Shown here piece after piece: positions 39,881 through 47,170 of a stretch of 64,000 bases of DNA. Source of the stretch: a virus; IMG/VR virus record IMGVR_UViG_3300025137_000017, positions 1 through 64,000 of that record; one strand, 5' to 3'. A program made the translations under genes and the position numbers. Numbering within the stretch: the first letter of the stretch is position 1; every line of letters starts with the position of its first letter. A model generated the notes under the pieces. It saw nothing but the letters and a program-made list of their open reading frames with translations. It had not been told where the DNA came from and did no database searches.

Positions 39881-40460
39881 CTACCCGTTCTTTTACTTTT
39901 ACGATTTGGAATTTGACGCAGATAAAATTTTAGAATTCGTCAACACTATTCCACAAAACCAATGGATAGGCCCACATATTGGAAATTATGATCCTGATGT
40001 TAAGGTTGAACCACATAGAGCAGACAACAAATTATGGACTGCTAATAATAGAGATACAGACTTCACAGCATGTGAAGAAATAAACAAGATTGCGAAATAC
40101 TTCGATACTTACTATACGAGTATGATGATTAAGAAAAGTATAAATGGATTCAATGCTCCGTTTCATCCTCTGATGCAAAATGCAGACTACGATAAAAAAC
40201 ATAACATTGTCCGTACATTTGATATCATTGTTCCTATACAAGGTGGCTTTATGGAAAGCCCGCTCGAAGCTATTGATACAAAGACAGGTGAACATTATTC
40301 ATTAGTACCTAAGGGTTTAGCTTTTATGGTACCAAATGATCCTAGTTGGCATTATAGTTGGTTAGAAACTATATACGATTTTAGATATACTCTTCATCTT
40401 CGTGGTGTAATGCCACAAACATATGAGAAGATAAAGGAACTATATCTTAAAAATGGGTGA
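39873..40460 (+). CDS. cupin/2OG-oxygenase-like protein with an atypical metal motif
   Basis: APFHP, DIIVPI, WHYS and RYTLHL follow the DSBH layout, but there is no HxD. Confidence 0.45.
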   Translation: MTNYPFFYFYDLEFDADKILEFVNTIPQNQWIGPHIGNYDPDVKVEPHRADNKLWTANNRDTDFTACEEINKIAKYFDTYYTSMMIKKSINGFNAPFHPLMQNADYDKKHNIVRTFDIIVPIQGGFMESPLEAIDTKTGEHYSLVPKGLAFMVPNDPSWHYSWLETIYDFRYTLHLRGVMPQTYEKIKELYLKNG

Positions 40461-40917
40461 TTGGAAGTATAAAAGACAGATTGTCGAGAGTCTACCGGAA
40501 GACTGTGTCGGCTTTGTATACATCATCACTAATACTATTACAGGCAAAAAGTACATTGGCAAAAAACTGGCAAAATTCGCAAAAACAAAATATAAAATGC
40601 ACACACAAAAAAATGGCAAAAAAGTTAGAAAAAAGATAAGATCAAAAATAGACTCAGACTGGCAAGAATATTATGGCTCCTCAAAGGCACTAACAGCAGA
40701 TATAGAAAACTTAGGCAAAGACAAATTTAAAAGAGAGATATTGTTCTATTGTGCCTCAAAGGCAGAATGCTCATACGTTGAAGCAAGAGAACAATTCACA
40801 CACAGGGTACTTGAAAGTGATGATTACTATAATGGTCACATACAAGTTCGTGTTCATGGCTCACATATACTAACAGAACAACTCTTAAACAATCCCACAG
40901 ACACAAAGTCAAACTAA
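40453..40917 (+). CDS. short GIY-YIG (Seg-like) endonuclease, catalytic domain only
   Basis: GFVY-x10-YIG, YYGSS, FKREIL, Glu in SYVEAREQ and Asn in YYNG; basic insertion after YIG. Confidence 0.85.
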   Translation: MGDWKYKRQIVESLPEDCVGFVYIITNTITGKKYIGKKLAKFAKTKYKMHTQKNGKKVRKKIRSKIDSDWQEYYGSSKALTADIENLGKDKFKREILFYCASKAECSYVEAREQFTHRVLESDDYYNGHIQVRVHGSHILTEQLLNNPTDTKSN

Positions 40918-41255
40918 TATAGGCAAAGAATGCTCCGATTGGTCGTGATAGCTCGACCCACCTTGAACGCATGGGAACGCATGTTTGGATCTGGTGTAGC
41001 AAAGTGTCACTGCGTTGGTTTGACAAACCGAAATGATCAAGCTCTTCTGACAATTGAAACTTGAGGGTAGCACAAAGTCGTTGATATGGCAATGTGTGTT
41101 CCTGCGTTATTAAGCAGTAAGTAAAAAGGTACCGCGTAACCGCCTTTTCCTAGCGTTAATTAGGTTTTACTATATCGATGTGTTGACTTTGACGGGAAAA
41201 GTCGATTTTGCATTTGGCCTTATCAGGCTAAGTGTGAATGACAGATCAAGGAAAA
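40918..41255 (+). ncRNA. putative ~330-nt structured non-coding RNA of unknown family
   Basis: no plus-strand ORF; at least eight stems, several with G-U pairs, inside a long-range helix (CCTT 40961-64 plus GATCTG 40988-93 pairing with CAGATCAAGG 41242-51). Confidence 0.7.
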
Positions 41256-41261
41256 GACGTA

Positions 41262-41269
41262 CATAAATA
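41262..41269 (+). promoter_or_regulatory. late promoter (CATAAATA)
   Basis: TAAATA core immediately 3' of the structured region. Confidence 0.55.
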
Positions 41270-41291
41270 CACTATAATATAAACCATATAG

Positions 41292-41359
41292 ATATTAGTA
41301 ATATTAATCGAAATACCGTTAGGTATTGAAGATTAGATGCCGTATGGCATCACTAATAT
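41292..41359. repeat. nested perfect inverted repeats (branched hairpin/cruciform)
   Basis: ATATTAGT/ACTAATAT enclosing AATACC-GTTA-GGTATT and GATGCC-GTAT-GGCATC. Confidence 0.8.
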
Positions 41360-41376
41360 AACAGCAAAGATATATA

Positions 41377-41817
41377 ATGAACTTCGACATATTCAAAATG
41401 AAATTCCTTGAGTGGACAGAGAATGTAATTGAGCAGAAAAAAGAAGATGGTTTTTCTATCTGTCCGTTTGCCAAAAGGGCACGTCTAGACAATAAAATAC
41501 AGTTTATAGATTGTACAATAGCTACCAGTGAGTTGCTTACATTTAACAAAGAACGATACGAAATAGGTATTGCTTGGTTGGGTGATTCAGTAGACATGTC
41601 TATCATTGATGAAGTTCTAGAGCGTTATAAGGCAGAAAATCCTGACCTATTATACTTTACAAGTACAACAGATTCAGGATACTTTGCTAAGAACTTTACT
41701 AATTGTGTGTTTATTCAATTAAGAGGTGATATAGATATGCGGAGGGAACAGTTACACAAAACCAAGTACTATGACAGTTGGCCAGAGCATTACTATAAAA
41801 TAATAACCGGGCACTAG
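41377..41817 (+). CDS. hypothetical protein (DUF1415-like CPFA motif)
   Basis: W.ENVIE...ICPFAK; C-terminal YYDSW. Confidence 0.6.
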   Translation: MNFDIFKMKFLEWTENVIEQKKEDGFSICPFAKRARLDNKIQFIDCTIATSELLTFNKERYEIGIAWLGDSVDMSIIDEVLERYKAENPDLLYFTSTTDSGYFAKNFTNCVFIQLRGDIDMRREQLHKTKYYDSWPEHYYKIITGH

Positions 41818-41993
41818 CGTTTCGCCTTCATATCTTCTGAACGCTTATTCATTCTCTCGATTAACATCTGAACAGCCGGTAAAGGCATGGTCATAATCTC
41901 TTGATAACCAACAGCACCACCACTATATAATATTATGTCTATGTAGTTTTCTTCAACGGCTTTTCTTTGCTCATCATATCGTTCTACAATCAT
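41814..41993 (-). CDS. gp51-like / tail-assembly-chaperone C-terminal ORF
   Basis: GAVGYQEIMTMPL resembles gp51/GT-type C-termini; own ATG at 41993, or reached by -1 frameshift from the upstream gene. Confidence 0.6.
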   Translation of the reverse strand: MIVERYDEQRKAVEENYIDIILYSGGAVGYQEIMTMPLPAVQMLIERMNKRSEDMKAKR

Positions 41994-42022
41994 TTGGATC
42001 TCCGACGGCTGACTAGTGGATA

Positions 42023-42859
42023 TCAACCTACGAAAAAATTTGATACATCCAGTTCTACTTCTTGTGACCATTCATTAGAACATTCAATACATTTGGCTTT
42101 GAAATTTGTATCCAAGCCATCATCACTTAATGCTTCAATTCTATCTTTGATTGCATCGTGATCTTTTTTACTAATATTTTGTAACCACTCCCGAATCATA
42201 TCTTTATCTACAATAACTTCTGAACTGTCGGGTGCCTGGACACTTGAGATACAACTTGTGATTACATCAATAGTTAGTGTAGCAAGTTCAACAAAAGTTT
42301 CTCCAAACATTTTAGATTTTGTATTATCATCTGCTTCACTGGCAATTAGATTATCTACCATCTTTTGTCGTTTGATATTTTGAATTTGCATGAGAGTCCT
42401 ATCATCAATTGTATAGGGTCTAACTATTATCTTAAAGTTACTTTCCAGTCTTACTTCTGTATCAAATTCAACTTCTTTAATTTGTGATAGTAGTTGAGCA
42501 CTATCAATGGTCAATTGATTAAGGTGTTTACATTTTGGGCATTCAAGATCTACGTCAAACTTGTTACCATAAGTTGCTTGTCTAATAGCAATTAGTAACA
42601 CAAGCAGATCGTTAACTGGAATCTGTCTGGGATTTTGTATATCCGGACAGCATGATTCAAGTAGTGCAATATTGGCTTCCCCATTAAACAACGCATCAGG
42701 CGTTTTTGTTAACAGTTCGTCTCTGGCACTCATAGGATACACGGCTAGTTCATTATCAACACTTAATTTTGGCTTTGGATCGTACCATTTTGCCCCTGAA
42801 GGCAACGATACAAACACAGCAGGCTTTTTATATGCCTGGATTAGAGGATTTTCTGACAT
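42023..42859 (-). CDS. baseplate hub assembly protein (gp26-like)
   Basis: LPSG, PMSARDE, LIAIRQATYG, CPKC and CIEC, terminal NFF. Confidence 0.85.
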   Translation of the reverse strand: MSENPLIQAYKKPAVFVSLPSGAKWYDPKPKLSVDNELAVYPMSARDELLTKTPDALFNGEANIALLESCCPDIQNPRQIPVNDLLVLLIAIRQATYGNKFDVDLECPKCKHLNQLTIDSAQLLSQIKEVEFDTEVRLESNFKIIVRPYTIDDRTLMQIQNIKRQKMVDNLIASEADDNTKSKMFGETFVELATLTIDVITSCISSVQAPDSSEVIVDKDMIREWLQNISKKDHDAIKDRIEALSDDGLDTNFKAKCIECSNEWSQEVELDVSNFFVG

Positions 42860-42874
42860 CTGGTGTTTTCTCCG

Positions 42875-42912
42875 AATAAATACTTATGTATAAAGCGTCA
42901 ATAGTATTTATA
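42875..42912. promoter_or_regulatory. face-to-face late promoters serving divergent genes
   Basis: AATAAATA on + (42875-42882) and a perfect TATAAATA on - (42912-42905). Confidence 0.7.
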
Positions 42913-42932
42913 CATTAAATAGGTAGTTAATT

Positions 42933-45044
42933 ATGGATATAGGACAAATTGCTAGTATTTTTTCTTCATTGCCCGAATGGGTATCAGAAGATACTATGCA
43001 AGGTATATTAAGATCACAGCGAAGTAATACTAATCAGAATATAGCTAAGATCAATAAGATTGCCTCAAAATGGGGTTTAGATCCTATCGAAGCTCAAATT
43101 GATGAAATAATTGACAACAAACAAAGAGGTATGCAGGATACTAAACGTATGTCTGCACAGACTAGATCAGCTATAAATGATTTACAGCGAGAAAACGATC
43201 CCATTCAGGGACTAGGTGCTGGTATTAGTTTGGTTGGTGGTGCTCTTGGTAATGTTGGAAAAGGAGTTGACTTCCTAACAGGTAACAAATTAAGTAGTCT
43301 TGCCAAGAAAAAAATAGGACCTAAACTATTAAAAGCAGGAAACAAAGGACTAGGCGCTCTGGCAGGAGTCGCCGGATTTACTGCTGGTACAAGTGCCTTC
43401 ATAATGAGTTTAGAACGAGATATCCGTGCAATGGTTGAAATGAGTGTGTTTACCAATCCATCAGAAATGCAATATATTAAAGAAGCTGCCAATGGTGTTG
43501 GTATGAGTATGGTGGAAGCTACAAAGATGCTGGGCGGTAGTCAGGCAATGATAGCCGCAGTCGGAGACGGTGATGTAGCAACAGGAACACTAAGGTTTTT
43601 AAAATTTGCAGAAAAATTAGAACATATGAATGCTAATGGCAAAGGTGGTATTAGTGATTTTGGTTTAGGCGTTGACCAAATGGCTCAAAGACTGGCACAA
43701 GAAGCATCATTGCTATATGATCTAAACGAATTAACAGAAACAAATTTAACACCAAAGGGACAAGCATATAAAAACTTTGAAACAATGGAAGGTATGATGA
43801 CCTATATGGCAGACTGGACCGGCGTTAGAAAGAGTGAATTACTTGACCAGGGTATGCAGGCTGATGCAATGATAGATTATAGAATGGCTCTCAAACAAAA
43901 CAAAGCACATTTAGAAGCGGCCTATGGTGAAGGAACTGTGGTGGCAGTAGCAAATGGCAGAAGAAGATTAGCAATGCAATTGGCTATGGTTCCAGAATTA
44001 CAAACAGAACTATTAGCTGGTCTTGATAAGACAATAAACGACATTCAATATAACGGAGGCGATTCAGTAATCTCCTTTAATCAAGAGTTTCTAGATAAGA
44101 TGAATGTCCTGGATCCAGATGCAGCGAATAGAATGACAAAACTTATTAAGGATATAGCAACAGGACAATTTAAAGACGATCCAATACAACAGGATATAGA
44201 AGTTAAGAAATTCTTACAGTCAGTTGCAAATGCAAAAACTAAAGATGGTCCACAAGAAATGTTCAAAGCAGTTAACACGTTAATTACCACGACTAACTTA
44301 ATTCCTAATCTTGATATGTCAGATAATGAGCAAAGAGAAAAAGCGGCAAATGTAAAAGCCAAAGCTGAAGAAGGCGACAACATGATTGATACAATAGACA
44401 ACACTAGAAAAACATTGAGATCAGGTATTACGGCACTAGCACCCACAACAAATACAGTAGTTGATTTATTTGGAACTCTTACTACGGGTATTGGAATTTT
44501 TGGTTCAGCGATATCTATGATTCCTGGATTTGAATCCATGCATAAAGTTTTGGGAAAAGATGCAATTGGAAAGTATCGTATTGATCCAAGTACAACATAT
44601 GGTCCGCAGATGTCTGATTTTGTTGAACCTACAGTACCAAAACTTTCAGATGAAGAAATTAGGAAACGAAATCACGAAGCTATGGTAAAAGGCCCACACT
44701 TGGATGGCACAAAGGTGGTTGTACCAGTTACAGTAACCGATCCAAATGAAAAATCTTTTCTAGGAAACATTTGGGATTCAATTACAGGAGCCGACGATGG
44801 TAAAAAAGAAAAAGAAAGAGTAGCAGGATTATCTACTCCAGAACTAACAGCAAGACTTGACGAAGTTAAAGACAAAATTAAACAACTAGAAATTAAAAAA
44901 GCAGAATCTAAAAACGGTTTTCATATAGATGGTATCAATAGAAGGATAGCTTCGGAAGAAAGAGCAATGGCTAGAATACTAGCTGACATAGTGGCAAAGA
45001 CAAATCAATCAACACTCTCGGAGACAGTAGACAATGGCAAGTAG
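42933..45044 (+). CDS. tape-measure-like helical tail protein A
   Basis: Ala/Gly/Met-rich helical composition, adjacent to the chaperone-like gp26; paralog of the next gene. Confidence 0.55.
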   Translation: MDIGQIASIFSSLPEWVSEDTMQGILRSQRSNTNQNIAKINKIASKWGLDPIEAQIDEIIDNKQRGMQDTKRMSAQTRSAINDLQRENDPIQGLGAGISLVGGALGNVGKGVDFLTGNKLSSLAKKKIGPKLLKAGNKGLGALAGVAGFTAGTSAFIMSLERDIRAMVEMSVFTNPSEMQYIKEAANGVGMSMVEATKMLGGSQAMIAAVGDGDVATGTLRFLKFAEKLEHMNANGKGGISDFGLGVDQMAQRLAQEASLLYDLNELTETNLTPKGQAYKNFETMEGMMTYMADWTGVRKSELLDQGMQADAMIDYRMALKQNKAHLEAAYGEGTVVAVANGRRRLAMQLAMVPELQTELLAGLDKTINDIQYNGGDSVISFNQEFLDKMNVLDPDAANRMTKLIKDIATGQFKDDPIQQDIEVKKFLQSVANAKTKDGPQEMFKAVNTLITTTNLIPNLDMSDNEQREKAANVKAKAEEGDNMIDTIDNTRKTLRSGITALAPTTNTVVDLFGTLTTGIGIFGSAISMIPGFESMHKVLGKDAIGKYRIDPSTTYGPQMSDFVEPTVPKLSDEEIRKRNHEAMVKGPHLDGTKVVVPVTVTDPNEKSFLGNIWDSITGADDGKKEKERVAGLSTPELTARLDEVKDKIKQLEIKKAESKNGFHIDGINRRIASEERAMARILADIVAKTNQSTLSETVDNGK

Positions 45045-47130
45045 TTATAATATAAATTTACCTGATGGATCAAGTTTACCAGTTCCAGCTTGGGCAACAG
45101 AACAAACTCTACAACAACTAGCACAAATGTTGAATAAGAATAACTTATCTGTAGATATTATTACTGATCTAATGCAAGAAAATAATATGGACGTAGGTGA
45201 TGTTGCAGCCAAAATGTCACAACTAGCTGATGTAGACAAGAAAGAACTGCAACAAAGACTTTCAGAAGCAAAGAAACAATCCAAGAGCTTTGGTGCTAAA
45301 CTAACAGGCATAATGGACAAGTATAACAATACAGATAAACCATTAAGTAGTTTAGTTGATTTGGCTACCAACTTGGGTCGGGATATGAAAGATAGTTCTG
45401 GTACTTTTGGTAAAGACAAACAAAAAACAGCCGCCGGTGCAACGGCATTGACTGGAGTTATGGGTAAGCTGGGCAAGGCTATGGGTGTAGCGGGTGATAT
45501 TGCTCTTGTATACGCTGGTTTTATGGCCGGTAAAGGTGAAGAGTTTGCCAAAGCACAACAAAATATGATTGATAGTGGTGCTATCTTCTTTGAAAATGCG
45601 GCGGCCTTTAATGCGTTACAGACACAGGCAAGAGATGCAGGCATTGGCTATGAGAAGTTCACAACTATTGTAGGTAACTTCGGAAGTGCGATGGTTGGAT
45701 TAGGTGGCAACGTTAGTAATGGTGCTGTTGAATTTGGCGTTCTAGCAGAAAAACTAAATGATTCAAGTGATAAGTTCGGAGACTTTGGTATGACAAGTGA
45801 AAACTTGGCTGAAGGTTTTGCAGAGTTTATTGAAACACAACGTATGGCTGGAAATATAGATAGAACTCAGGTAGGCTACGGAGACAAGTTAGTCAAAGCA
45901 TATCAGGAATTGTTAATTGAAACAGGTTCATATGCAAGTGCTACAGCATTCACAAGAAAGCAGATGTTGGAATCATACACAGAGGCTATGAGTGCTCCAG
46001 TATTTGCAGGTACAATGAAAATATTAGATAAACTTGGTGAAAATGCCACAAAAGAAGCGGCTCAGGCAATACAAGTACAGTTAAAGTTACTTGAAAAAGG
46101 TGGGGTTACAGATATAGCAACACCATTACTTGGTGCTTTTGAACAGGCGTTGAGTGCATCAACAGGCGACTTAAAGAGTTTTGATATTACTAGTTACCTA
46201 GCAGAAAATGGCGGTGAACAATTAATTGCAACACTCGATAATGTAAATTCTACCCTATTACAAGATATTAATAGATCAATCCGTAATGGTGAGAAGCTGT
46301 CTGGAGATATGATACAGCAGTTAATGGCGGCGTATGAGAGTGTTAAGCCAGGAATGGTTATTCCTGCTGGTGCAACAGATGGCTTAATGGGTTACATGAA
46401 GAGAACACAGAATCAAATGGAAGAATTCCGTTTAAAAACTAAAGCAGTTTCTGAAATGTCAGAAGAAGAACGTAAAGAACTTAAAAACAAACATAAGAAA
46501 GATCTAAAGGGTGCAGGACAGTTAACTAAAGTAATGAATGATGTTACAGAGGGATACCTAAACGCAATGGATGCCTTGACACTTCCAATGGATAAATTCG
46601 CTACAGTACTAAACACAGTAACAACTGGTTTGAGCAACGTGGCAGGTGGAGCCAAAAACAATGCTAGTGGTCAAAACTTTATGCCTGGGTATGAGGGATA
46701 TTACGACATGGGTAAAGAACATAGATCTCCAAACAGAACTCCAATGGCGGCTGGTGGGTATGCTACCCCAGGATCAATAGGCATTGTGGGAGAAGAAGGT
46801 CCGGAATTATTACAAATGGGTGCCATGGGCGGAACAGTAATGTCTAATATGGTATTAAATAATTTGGTTGACAGCTTCAAAGAAAGCATGTATAATGAAG
46901 ATAATAAAGCTATGGTATCTCCCAATAGTTCAATTGGCTCGTCATTAATTAGTGAATATGAACAGGCATTGGCAGGCGATACTTCGGAATCCGGTGAAAG
47001 TATGAAGGGTCTAGAAGAAATCTTAGAGATGAAAAAACAAACTGTTACATCTTTAAAAAATCTAGACAGCGTATTAACTGGTATGTTTGCTCTAAGCGAA
47101 CAGCGATCAATTGCTTCTGAGATGTCTTAA
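45034..47130 (+). CDS. tape-measure-like helical tail protein B
   Basis: similar composition; C-terminal MAAGG...IVGEEGPELL motif typical of tape measure proteins. Confidence 0.7.
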   Translation: MASSYNINLPDGSSLPVPAWATEQTLQQLAQMLNKNNLSVDIITDLMQENNMDVGDVAAKMSQLADVDKKELQQRLSEAKKQSKSFGAKLTGIMDKYNNTDKPLSSLVDLATNLGRDMKDSSGTFGKDKQKTAAGATALTGVMGKLGKAMGVAGDIALVYAGFMAGKGEEFAKAQQNMIDSGAIFFENAAAFNALQTQARDAGIGYEKFTTIVGNFGSAMVGLGGNVSNGAVEFGVLAEKLNDSSDKFGDFGMTSENLAEGFAEFIETQRMAGNIDRTQVGYGDKLVKAYQELLIETGSYASATAFTRKQMLESYTEAMSAPVFAGTMKILDKLGENATKEAAQAIQVQLKLLEKGGVTDIATPLLGAFEQALSASTGDLKSFDITSYLAENGGEQLIATLDNVNSTLLQDINRSIRNGEKLSGDMIQQLMAAYESVKPGMVIPAGATDGLMGYMKRTQNQMEEFRLKTKAVSEMSEEERKELKNKHKKDLKGAGQLTKVMNDVTEGYLNAMDALTLPMDKFATVLNTVTTGLSNVAGGAKNNASGQNFMPGYEGYYDMGKEHRSPNRTPMAAGGYATPGSIGIVGEEGPELLQMGAMGGTVMSNMVLNNLVDSFKESMYNEDNKAMVSPNSSIGSSLISEYEQALAGDTSESGESMKGLEEILEMKKQTVTSLKNLDSVLTGMFALSEQRSIASEMS

Positions 47131-47140
47131 TTAAATTATA

Positions 47141-47148
47141 GCTAAATA
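47141..47148 (+). promoter_or_regulatory. late promoter (GCTAAATA)
   Basis: intergenic, upstream of the portal gene. Confidence 0.6.
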
Positions 47149-47170
47149 CATTAAATAAAAGGTTACAAAA

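Noticed and set aside
40796-41092. 98-aa minus-strand ORF over the structured region
   Set aside because: Antisense to the GIY-YIG gene, with no recognisable motif and atypical composition; the RNA-structure explanation fits better.
40918-41255. Identity of the structured region as tmRNA, RNase P RNA, group I/II intron, T-box or retron msr-msd
   Set aside because: No tRNA-like ends, no GAGGAAAGUCC, no group I P7 (R/S) or group II domain V motifs. GGTACCGCG lacks the preceding TGG of a T-box. No interrupted gene and no reverse transcriptase in the window.
42873-42901. Possible minus-strand sigma70 promoter (TTGACG) for the gp26-like gene
   Set aside because: No acceptable -10 at 17-nt spacing (TATTCG); the perfect late promoter explains expression.
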